NCBI RefSeq assembly: GCF_000760515.2
Contig: NW_013546132.1
Location: forward strand, 1-64,000
Source: Mitosporidium daphniae
Taxonomy: Eukaryota
Reading direction: 5' to 3'
DNA length: 64,000 nucleotides
The notes under the pieces were generated by a model. The model did not search any database, was not told the DNA's origin, and saw nothing but the letters and a program-made list of their open reading frames with translations. Of the stretch, positions 34,160-45,152 are shown one piece after another; within the stretch, counting starts at the first letter, position 1; each line of letters begins with the position of its first letter. A program made the translations under genes and the position numbers.

Positions 34160-36851
34160 ATGCCCGCTCCCGTGGACAACTGCGAGATCTGGGATATCTT
34201 CGAGGCAGAAGCAGAGGCTGTCGCCTCTCCCTGCCATGGGACTCCAGAAACTTGCGGCTGGTCCTCAGAAGCAGAGCTTGCTGTCACCTCTACGCGGAAT
34301 TTTCTGCTTTCGAGCCCTGCATGTACGGTTCGTATACACCCATTTCCTGAAGTGCCAAAGCGGCAACGTCTTGACACGAGTTTGACAGAGGATGCCTTTG
34401 ATACAAGCGAGATGCCAGCTTTGCCATCTTTTTCCGAGACATCATCAACCTTTGCTCTGTTTTCCCACAGTCTTTCTTCTGGTAGCTCGTCATTGATGAT
34501 AACAGGAATTGATGGAACATCGAAGACATTCCCACGAAAAAGTAATGCTGCATCTGATGATATGGATTTCGATACGACTGATCGTACAGATCGCAGTATC
34601 CATCAGGCAGTTATTCGCGCTCTTGTCGCACCGACAGCCAGCTCACTTCACACCGATCAAAAAGCAAAACGGTTTGCGAGGCAGAATGTTCGTAGTTCTG
34701 GTGGGCTGTGGAGTCAAATTTTTGCTCCATTAAAGTTCACAGAGCTTGTTACGGCTGATCATGTGAATAAGGAAGTGCTTCAATGGCTCCTTTCGTGGAA
34801 AGAGCGGCATGCCTCGCCAACGGATGGCAAAAAGGTTTGCTTTTTTCATTTCCCACAAGATTCTCATATTACATGGACGTCCTGGCTGTGGAAAAAGCAC
34901 CCTTGTTCGGGTCACTGCAGAGGCCATCGGGTTTTCCCCACTGATCATAAATGCGGCAACAGGCGAAGAAAATGCAGCATCTGTTACGGAAAAGATTACC
35001 ACTGGCCTTACCACGGATTCCCTTGCTCTCACTTCCTTGTCCGGATCAAAGGCCTTTTTGGTGCTTCTGGAAGAACTAGATGCAGCACCTGCCGACATTT
35101 GCAGCGCTATTGTGAACGCTATTATTCGTGTAGTGACAAACGGGCAGCCAGTTCGCCGCCCCATTGTTGTTATATGCGCAGATCCATGGGTGTATACTTT
35201 AAAGCCGCTGAGGGCCGTTGCTCACATGGTTGCTTGCACTGTATCTGTGCCGCGGGCTGCAGAGCGGCTGCAAGAAATTCTTACTGCACAATGCATTGCT
35301 AACCGGGAGCGCCCTCAACTCGAAAAACTCGTCAGCCTTACCGGTGGTGATATCCGTGAATCACTGAATGCCTTACAGTTTGCCGCTATCGAAGTCCAAC
35401 AAGAGACGATATTAGGATTAGATCCTCATGACGCTAGTAAAAAATCCAACGAGAATCCTCGATACAACACCCCAAATTTGGTATCTCGGGCGATTGTATC
35501 GATCACTAGTACTGCATGTGCACCCTCAGCGAGTCTCTATTTTAAGGTGTTTTTGTTGCTTCTATTCTTTTTAGGTCATGGAGGACATCTTTCTGACGCG
35601 AGATCGCCTTGGGCCCCTTTCTGTGGCAACAGGACAAGGCTCTGAACGACAACAATTGTTGAGTCTTCTGTTTCGAAGACTCGAGCTTTTGGGTGACGAT
35701 CTCGAACGCGTTTTTGAAGGCTGCTTCGAAGCGTACCTGCGCTGTGCGTCGTTTGGCAGCGTCATTGGAAACCAACTCGCCAAGGTAACTTTTTCGATCA
35801 TTAATCAATGTGCAGGTAATGTCCTTGTAGCTCTATTTTCTCATAGGTAAGCGTTCTGGTTATTTAGTTTTATTTACCCAGGTGGTCGAGCTAACAGAAT
35901 TGATTGCTTGCAAAGATGTCGGCGATATCCAGCGGGGCCATACAGGCCTCTCTCTGCTTCCAGCAGTTGTGCTGCAGTTTCACATCGGGTTTGGAGGTGG
36001 CATTTCGCTCCGCCTTACGCCAACCATCAGGAGCTCCATCGTAACACTGCCAAAGGCACATCGCGAAGCAACACGCCTTTGTGATGAACGTCAGAGTTCT
36101 ATAAGCTTTTGGCTTCACGAGGGTCATCGGACGGCGCCAAATTCGCTGTCTCTTTTTGCATCGATGGCGGCACGTCGCACTTCCCTTGCGCATGAGGTAA
36201 TGGTACATTGCTCTCATCATACTTAGGTATATATTGTTCTTTGCTATTTTTAGGTACCAGCGGCATTTTGATTGCTAGGTTCTGCCGTTTCTGAGCGCAA
36301 GATTGCGACCACCCGCCTCGCTATTGCTGCCCGGCCGTATCGGCTCAGATGCCTTGACCGAGTTTGCAAGATTTCTGCATGCATATGCACTTACCGTTGA
36401 GCCCGCGATAGACAGTGCCACGATATTGATTCCACAGTATGCGATTGGACTTTACGGTGATAGATTGAAAATTGAGCACAATCTCAATTCATCCATACTG
36501 ACCCTTCTTCCCACCGTTACGAGGATGGTAGAAGAATTTAGGATAAAGCAGCTGGCACTCGCGCGCAACAGAAATTCAGGAGCCTTTCGTGCCATATCAA
36601 GTGCCTTCATTAAGCAAACGCTTGAAGAGCCAATCAAGGAACTCACCAAGGCGATTGGCTCGGCTTCCGAGCCTGTAAAGACCAGGCGGGACTTTTTTGG
36701 GCGACCGATGGCAGAACCCTTGGCAGCTGCGCCAGCGAATGGCTCTACAAAATCGGGCTCGCGTATTACGTTCAAGTTCCAGGAAAAGTCTGCACATGCC
36801 GTCCGACGCAATATCTCTATTTCTCGCCTGATATACAGGCAGCCTTCGTAG
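34160..36851 (+). CDS. CTF18: RFC-like clamp loader subunit Ctf18; introns 34835-34859, 35547-35574, 35785-35881 (compound), 36197-36278 (compound)
   Basis: LWSQIFAP.KF.EL, Walker A GRPGCGKST, RRPIVVIC.D, GGDIRESLN, RDFFGR, FKFQE..AHAVRR C-terminus. Confidence 0.88.
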
Positions 36852-36897
36852 CCGTTTTGCAAAATGGTAATTAAAATTTGGAGAATTGAACCAACTC

Positions 36898-37571
36898 ATG
36901 ATAAATGTGAAGCGCTTTCGCAGGCGAAGGCCTCCAGAAGAAGGCATACCGCGGATCGTGCCCTGCGGCGAGCTTAGTAAGATAAGACGATCGGCCCTAG
37001 ACTTAATCAATCTTGATGACGACGAAGACGACCATAAAAATAGTGGCAAACAGAGAAGCTTGGCAGCAAGAGGAGATGCTCCTGCGTTGCAAAATTATCG
37101 TCTATCGGAGGATTTTCCATCAAATGAATGTCAGCAACCAGGAAAAAAGGAAGCTGCTACAGTGCGCAGGGTATTAATACAGAGCCAACGAGCTATTCCG
37201 GACACCAATGCAAAATCCGTCTCGGGCTTTTGGACAGAACTGGCAGGGGAAGATGGGCCTACAAAACGGCCCAGACCGCATGTTGCAATTGCATCCGAGG
37301 CCCAAATATCCCCAGCCTCTGGGGTCCAACAATCTGCAACAACAGGTTCGCCCACCGTATATAAATCCTCCTTATTTCGCAGCAGAATGGGGCAGGAGCC
37401 GGGAAAATGAAATTTATTTAACAGGATACAAGCTTTCGCTTCCTGTGGATCGCATTCGGGCTCTGATTTCCCCTGGACCTGCTTGCAAATTACAGAAAGC
37501 ACGGAGATTCTTTGCAAATAAATACCATCCAGTTTGAATCTGAATTGAAATTGTAGCAGGACAAAGTCTGA
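36898..37571 (+). CDS. Hypothetical protein, probably 2 small introns
   Basis: ORF from ATG 36898 joined to the 37208-frame ORF via a GT..AG intron; model uncertain. Confidence 0.4.
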
Positions 37572-37900
37572 ACGGGTGCATCCGAAAATAAGCCGCGAGT
37601 CCATTGATTAACACTGGACCGGATTGATCCTAATGAACTTCCAATATCCGTTTGGTGCCGTATTTTCCCATCCAGTTTTTTCTAGTCTTAAAATGGAAAT
37701 GAAATATGAGATGCAAGATTTGATAACATCAAGTGAAAGCTGCTGTTAAAGATTATCTTTGTAATGTTCATTTGTGGGAACATTTTCTGCAAGTGCTGCT
37801 TAGAGTTGGAGTATAAAGGTCTTGATTGGAGATTTTTGTGCTTTCCAACTAGTTGAGAGGAGGTTTTTAGGAAAAGCAACCTGAAATTTTTCCGGATTTC

Positions 37901-39535
37901 ATGGGTAACAGATTTGGCAAGAGGAGCACCTTCCCGGCTGCACACAAATTCCTTGCAGGTACGTCATATGTGGTCGACTGCTTTACGCATGATGCAATCC
38001 CTGGTGTCACTGCATATTTTCTAAGGTAATTCTAACAACAGCCTATTCATAGGTATCGCCTGACACCACCTCTAATCCTAGTCACTTTCACGCAGATCAT
38101 TATGCAGGGCTTGGACGGAAGTTCCGAGGCACACCGATATTCTGCTCACCCATAACTGCCCAATTGTGTCAACTGCAACTCCGCCTTCCTGCAGCTATGT
38201 TACATCCCCTACCTTTGGGATGTCCCATATTGGTTTCCGAAATCATCCAAAAGGAAAGAGAATATGCATGTGTCAGTTTAAAAGATGAGCATATAAGGCT
38301 TTCTGATAATGATGCCGAAAATCCTGTTGACATAAATATACTTGATGCAGATACTTCTGAGCGAAGCCTCTCGACTTATCCAGAAATATCCCAACCACGA
38401 GTAAGTGTTACACTTTTCGATGCCAACCATTGCCCTGGAGCAGTGATGTTCCTTTTTACGATCGAAGATGCCTCTAGCAAGATTTCCCGGCATATTCTAC
38501 ATACTGGTGATTTTAGAGCCTGCCCTGAACGGATCATCGGGGCACCTGCTCTCACCCCCTTCCGTAAGGTCATCGAGGCCAATATTGATGAAGGTATTGA
38601 CCAATTATATTATCGCAGTAGGTAAAGGCGATGAACTATCTGGATCTGCCATACAGAAACAGGCAAGCAAGCCCAAAGTTCTGGACGTGGTATACTTGGA
38701 CACGACATATATGGAAAGCCGCATGGTGTTTCCGTCGCAGGAGCATGTGCTCACACTGCTTACAGACGAAGTCCATCGTATTGTGGTGCAAGGAAATCGC
38801 GGTAAGCTTATTCCGCTCTCATACTTGATCGTTGTGGGCACATACACAATTGGCAAAGAAAGAGTTTGCGAGCGGCTGGCCAAATTGCTCGCTACCCGTC
38901 TATGGACAGCTTCTGATCGTAAAAGGGCAATTATGGAGCTTCTTTTTCCTGCGGAAATGCTGAGTGATGACCCGCTCACAGCGCGAGTACATGTCGTCAA
39001 TATGATGGATCTCTCCTCAGACGAGGTCCTTGGGGCAATGTTGGATCGTTTCCGACCGCACTATACGCACATCATCGCGGTTCGTGCCACAGGATGGACG
39101 GCTGGGCAACCCTTTAGATCAAAAGTGGCCCCTAAAGCCAAGATGGTCACGGGAATTAAATTTGCCACCAAAGCCGAACTGACCATTGAACCTCATCAAG
39201 CTAGTGGAGATCATTTGATGATTGAGAAAACAATCGAAGCAGGGAGTGCTAAAGTTTGTATCAAACAGGAAGGCATTGATCCCAACGACTTACAGGATGC
39301 ACAAAAACAGACTCAATATGTGGAAAAGCCGACACTATCCACGGGCCAGACCCAGCCTTCAATTAGAAGCAGCAGCCGAAAAGGCACGCTTCCACGTCAC
39401 CGAGGCCGAATCACTTTTCTAGAAGTGCCATACTCGGAGCACTCGAGCTCAGAAGAGTTACAGAATTTCCTCGCCGCCTTTCAAATTGGTACAGTGATCC
39501 CAACGGTGGAGGGCAGTTGGTCTTATTCCAAATGA
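37901..39535 (+). CDS. PSO2: DNA cross-link repair nuclease Pso2/SNM1 (beta-CASP); compound intron 38026-38081 and intron ~38594-38621
   Basis: YVVDCF, YFLS|HFHADHY after splicing, ANHCPGAVMF, HTGDFR, YLDTTY, YTIGKE, TGW, VPYSEHSS, IPTV. Confidence 0.92.
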
Positions 39536-39847
39536 AATATCCCATGAGTCAAATTACCCGGTTCTGGATCTGTTGATTATCTCCATTAAACTTTTAATTT
39601 ATGAGCATGGCCCACCCTTTTGAAAAGTTACATGTAATTAATGATTCTTTGGCACTAGCTACCAACATTTATTGCCACTTGGAATTTTTGTAGGCCCAAT
39701 TTACATGCAAGCCTCCTTTGTAGGCCCAATTTTTAACCACACCCTAGCTTGGTGCCCGTCAGTATCGCTTTGCATATCCTCTATTTTGTTAAAGTGCATC
39801 GTCGTCTTCTGTTGAAGATGTGATTTTTATTTAGATACAATTAACTT

Positions 39848-41952
39848 CTACGAACAGGTAGCATTTGGGTGGGTCTCACTATCCCTACCCCCAGTCTGAT
39901 ATAATTGGGCAAGAAAGTCCGACGAAGAGCATAGAGATGTTCCACCAATAGCAACCTCGATGCCTGGCCAATTTCGGGCAAGAAAAGCAGAGAGGCTCTG
40001 GTACTCGTCATACGCAATTCCGCCAACTACGAATACAACCAGACGCTTTGGCAACATTGAGCTACCTGCTGTCACTGGCATTCGAGACTCTCCTTCTCCA
40101 CGAAGAGCCGCATCTACATATCGAATGATTGGCATCAAAGCATCATCATCACCAGAGGGCGATAAAACCTGGTTGGAAATTCTTTGGATCCCTTGCATCA
40201 CCATCTTTGCAATGCGAGATGAAGCTACCACATTTCCAGACGTGGAAAGCGTCTCAAAGATCGATACTTTCTGCTCTGGAATGTCGTTTGGGGTGGCGTT
40301 TGGAGAAGTAGAATCTGATAATGAAGAGGCCATGGTAAATTCAGGAACAATAGCATGAAGGGCCTTTGCCAGCGATGCTGATTCCTTAAGGCTAAACTTT
40401 TCTATTAAAAATGGAAGCAGCCTTTGGTCTTTTCCTGAAGAGAGAAAAACGACAAGCAAAAGCCGAATTCTATCACCTTCGTCAATGGGATCGAGTTCAG
40501 GAAGTGAAATATTAGCAGATGGCTGAGCAGTTTCCAATTCTCGAAAAAGGTCGGGACGTCTTTGGGATATCTGTGGAAGGAGAGCAGATGCCAGCAACAA
40601 ATGTGTGTCGATCCAATGCTTTTTTTCTCGAAGAGCTGGAATCTCCTCAAGAGCCTTTCGAAGCGGTTCGATTTCATCCCCATCTCCTCCAGAAATTTGA
40701 GCATATGCTTTTTGATACGTCTGCAATTCATCTCCGAAAAGCGTACAAGCATCTGGAAAAGAAAGCCTCGATGCATGTTTCCAAATGGGATCCTTCCAAG
40801 AAAGTAGTAGCTGGGCGGACTCTTCTTTTCCAAGCGAGAGAATTCTATTTAGCCTGACCGGGAAAAAATCATGGACCAGCGCTCCATAGCTCCATTTATG
40901 TCTTAGAGGCGAAATTAAATCCTGATTCCTGTCGAATAGCAGCATTAAATCCGAGCATGGGGGCGACGGTATTTTTGGCCGCCGATTCTTTGCACTCAAA
41001 TAAAAGTCCCGAATTTTCGATTGAAGGCGTCGGACCAAAAGATTGACAAATGCAGATGACCCGCATTGTAGCGGCAAGATGGCGAGATTCGCCATTTCTA
41101 GGCAATAAAAATGGAATAAAACTACCAAATGTTACGGCCACAGATAATAAGCCATTTGAGCAGTCTTCAACGAGCTTCATGACAGATTCATCGTGCAAAT
41201 TAGCAATTGCTTTTGACATGATCGTAAAGGAGCTTTCAAGTCCAAGAGAAAAAAGATCCTCCTCCAAAGAGATAAAATTTACAAGGCGGTCGACAACCTA
41301 AACATTTGAAAGGCACCCTACTTTGGTGACTTTAGACGATGATTTAACGGTTGCAACTGCAGCCCCTTGTGCAAGGTCCTCTAGATTTTCTCTAGAAATT
41401 GATCCACAAAAATTGAAGTCATATGTCTTTGGCTGGCGAGGCAAAGAAACCAAGTCGCACGAAGTTAAGCTTCTGATGTTTTCTGCCGTTGGCTCGATAA
41501 AGTAACATGATATTGTGTCCGGAAGAGAGGGGATCTCCTTTTCAATCGGCCTAAATTCAGGTTAAAATATTTACAAGAATAATGTCACTCCCCGTGAACG
41601 CAATTCGTCAATGTCAATTGAAGGGGCCAGGATTTGCTGTGTTCTGGCATCCAAAATCAATATAATCCAAGATGCATCAGAAGTGCCTTCAACGTCACTG
41701 GCATCATTAAGCATTGCAAAAATAGCCCCTATGAAAAGAAATATTAATTGCGAAAATAATACTTTTCTGCAGCGATCTAAGCGAGTTCTGAGCGATTGTT
41801 ACAGCTCGCAATTCCTCTGGCAGGCTGGATTTTTTAAATTCTTCCAGAAATTTGAAATACTGTGAAATCCCGGCCTTTGGAGAAGTGAGCAGATTGTCCT
41901 TGTTCTTCTCAGTGGGAGATACCAATGAAGAGGACGATGATATTGATGTCAT
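39848..41952 (-). CDS. SLY1: Sec1/Munc18-family protein Sly1, about 4 introns
   Basis: LRSRGVTL, EEDLFSL, LLFDRNQDLISPLRHKWSY, VFVVGGIAYDEY, GGT. Confidence 0.8.
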
Positions 41953-42028
41953 GATAAATTAATTTTAAAATCCGGCAAAATTTTACTTTTCTTGAATTTA
42001 CTCTTGCACCGAGATTTACTTCCCCGAG

Positions 42029-43843
42029 ATGATGATGAGCCTCTCCCCATGCTCACAAGTGGACATGTTTATGCAAAGATGCACATCCCCAACGCTGACA
42101 CATGAAGAGAAAACCAACTTGTTATCCGGTCTGGCCAGATCCACCCCAGAGGCGCTTTCCAAGCTATTTTCCAAAAAAGAAGCAATAGCAGCCTTGCAAG
42201 AATGGACGCTTCTTGCAAATCATTCGAGAGAGGATTTATTGATTGCAGTTTTGGCCTTGCATAATTTGAACCTGCTCCCATGGAATCTAACCGAGCTGCA
42301 ACAGTACAAATTGGGGAGGACCGTTAAACTAGCGTCCTCTCTTGTGGTCAAAAGCGATAAATTCGAATGTGAGCTAAAGAAAATGCTCATGACTATTGAA
42401 GAGGTAATTGGAGCAGAGTCTAACCCTAACTCCACTAAGGTTTGCCAACTTTAATTTATTAACTTGTAGGGGCCGCCCAATTTATTAATTAAACGAGAGG
42501 TTATTTTAAATGAGGTTGGTGATGACGGGACAAAATCTGCAGCCACTCATATCTCAATTAAAAAGGACTTACTTGATGGTAGTAGGAATACCGGTAAAAA
42601 TCATGGTTTAATTTCCTCCAAAAGGGCAATTTCAACTCAAGGTGTTGACTTTGGGAAAGCGAACGTTGCAGATTTAAATTCTCATCAACCCAACAAACAT
42701 GAGGGTATGGCAAAGTCTGGCGATACTGCTAACCCTATCTCAGTAAAAGGAGCCGTTCCTTTTGATCCTTTTGAGTGCCATTCAATAATAAATAAAAAAT
42801 CCAGTCCAGCTCGCCAGCCCGCCCCAGAAAAGGGAGGTCCTGCTCTGATGACTCAAAAGACCTCTATTCCGGCCGCTCCGAATGATACCAGGTATGGATA
42901 GGTATATGATGTTTAACCAAATAGTGCCTTTGATGTATATGTTGAAATTATTTCCTCTAAAAAGCGGCTCTCTTCATCTTCTTTGCGAGGGTCTGAGGCG
43001 AAGAAAAAAAGGGTCTCCTTTAAGCCAGATGAACAACTTATGCAGGTTTGTTTGTTTGAGCTGGACCCAACCGAGCGGAAAAATCCCAATTTCAATCCCG
43101 CAATGGCTTATGGAGACCTCAATGATAATGATGAAGCCTTCCTGTCTTTGAAAATTAAGGAAACAGAGGATCTATATAGACCATATTCATCTGTAAATAG
43201 CCCCATGCTTATTCCCACAATGAAATGGAAACTGCCCAAAAAATTGCAATTTAATGAACATTACACGCTGGCAGATGGAGCCAATTCTTTGGAACGATCC
43301 AGGCAGCGAGAGCAAAGGACCAATAATACTGACTTGTACCGATGCACCGATTTATCCAGGTGTCCATCGAACCCAATAGAATCGCCTCCATACATGCTGT
43401 CTTCTCAACCACCAATAACAATCCCATTGCATCCTATCTCTTCAGCTCCCCAGCCCGTAGAGCATATAGATGAAAATGCGCTTGATTCACTACTTGGATC
43501 ATTGGCAAGCCCCTCGCATGGCCTATTTGATTCCATGGTAGGCCACCAAGAATATGCCTATCCAAACTATCAACACTATGCGATGCCTACACAAGGATAC
43601 CCGCCGCCCCAGCTGCTATATCCTCAAGCTAATTATCCTCAATGTACTCTTGTTTCCCCGCCTCAGGCTAACATGCATCAGATTCCCGGTACCCAATCCC
43701 TACAAACTCAACAGGCTACTCCTAAAATAAGACAAATTAATTGCCCTCCAGAAAAGCTTAGAAGGGTTAGATGTCACTATTATGATCCCAAAAATCCCGT
43801 TGCCTGTGCAAGAGGGGATAACTGTACATTTCTTCATCAATGA
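42029..43843 (+). CDS. PNUTS/Ref2/Ppn1-like PP1 regulatory subunit; 30-nt intron ~42440-42469
   Basis: TFIIS-N-like region (LPWNLTELQQYKLGRTVK), KKKRVSF RVxF motif followed by L.QV.LF, C-terminal CCCH finger. Confidence 0.7.
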
Positions 43844-43914
43844 AAATAAACCTTTTTTAAATTGTGGCCATTTCTGTTCCTGCCCAATGCTTTACAACAA
43901 TTCAGCTGCTTTGG

Positions 43915-44020
43915 AGGCTAATTCCTCGTATTTGGATCCCCTGCAATAAATGGTATTACAGCTAGGGTTAGGCTAGCAAAGGGCAAAATTGCAGGGGACT
44001 CGAATACGAGGAATTAGCCT
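43915..44020. repeat. 33-bp near-perfect inverted repeat with a 40-nt loop containing TAGGGTTAGG
   Basis: aggctaattcctcgtatt-tgga-tcccctgcaat pairs with attgcagggga-ctcg-aatacgaggaattagcct. Confidence 0.9.
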
Positions 44021-44326
44021 GCAAAGAGAAATATGTGCCCATAGTAAATCTAAACCGAACGATCCATTGACTTGACCCCAGTTGGAAGCTGATCTTTAAG
44101 AATAGCTCTGTAGGACAGGCAATTGGCTTTGACAAACTTAAATTTTCAATAGCATGGTTAGTGGTGTACTTGTACAAATTTTAATGGGGTTTCAACTCAA
44201 ACAAACCTTCGTGAGGGATTGTGTTTCCAATGCTTAATCGATGGCCTAATTATGAGCGTAGCTAGAAATAGACCCGTTCCCCTGTGCCGCGAATTTGTAT
44301 GAGTAGCATATGGCTAGTTGAGTTTT

Positions 44327-45124
44327 TTAGATCAAAAAGGGGATAATTGCCCATCGCTTGAACTTTGCTTGATTAACTGCATGCTCTGTTGGAAAGTTTT
44401 CTGAATACCACTCGATCGTGTTTGCGGCAGATATTGAAAGGTTTGCAAGTGTCCAAACAAAAGCATAAAAGAAGGGCAGTGATAATGAATTGAGAAACCA
44501 AAAGGAAACGTATATTATAACCTCAAAAAAGTAGTGCGGGCAAAAGATATATTTAAAGAGCCGGTTTCTTTGCGGATACTTCCATTGCAGGTCATTTGAT
44601 TTTAGCTCCAAAAGAGAAATATGCGAAAGAAATTGCCCGATCGAAGAAACTACAAAGAGAAATGCTCCAATGGCAACAAAATAGGGGTTGTAACTGCCCC
44701 TTGCATAGTTTGTGAGGAAGCTTATTTCAAAAAGCAAATAGTGACAAAGACCGACAAACAAGTGGCCCAAATTCATTGAGCTATTCCTTGAATATGTGTG
44801 AACAAAAAAACACTCCAAAATCCTTCTCAAGTAGTGAAGCTGGACCAATACAAACGGAATAATTTTTACTGACGAGGAAAATTCAAGAAAATACAGGGGA
44901 AGTAAATTTGAGAAAAATCCAAAGATATAAAATACAACGAAAAAAGACTTGTGGATCTGAAACGATTGTATGCCAAAAGCATTTGGGCAATCAAAAGCAC
45001 GAGATGCTATCAATTTTCCGTGCACAATGAGAAGAGAATTGGTATCATACCAGAAAAGCGCTATAGCAAAAATGGAAAACAATGAAAAGACGAAACAAAC
45101 CAATAACTCAACCCCATCAATCAT
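44327..45124 (-). CDS. DFG10: Polyprenol reductase (steroid 5-alpha reductase family)
   Basis: HYLRRILEC, SSMNLGH, QFLSH..L, LFKYIFCPHYFFEV, LANL, RWAIIPF. Confidence 0.85.
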   Translation of the reverse strand: MIDGVELLVCFVFSLFSIFAIALFWYDTNSLLIVHGKLIASRAFDCPNAFGIQSFQIHKSFFVVFYIFGFFSNLLPLYFLEFSSSVKIIPFVLVQLHYLRRILECFFVHTYSRNSSMNLGHLFVGLCHYLLFEISFLTNYARGSYNPYFVAIGAFLFVVSSIGQFLSHISLLELKSNDLQWKYPQRNRLFKYIFCPHYFFEVIIYVSFWFLNSLSLPFFYAFVWTLANLSISAANTIEWYSENFPTEHAVNQAKFKRWAIIPFLI

Positions 45125-45152
45125 TAAAATTAGGCCGACCCCGCTTCAAGTT

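Noticed and set aside
39745..39775. Slight resemblance to the U4 snRNA 5' end
   Set aside because: Match too weak; no k-turn stem or properly placed Sm site
41035..41059. Possible GT-TG intron in SLY1
   Set aside because: A canonical 28-nt GT-AG intron just upstream restores the frame
43990..44010. tRNA T-arm-like TTCGAGTCCCC on the minus strand
   Set aside because: No cloverleaf can be built; it is part of the inverted repeat
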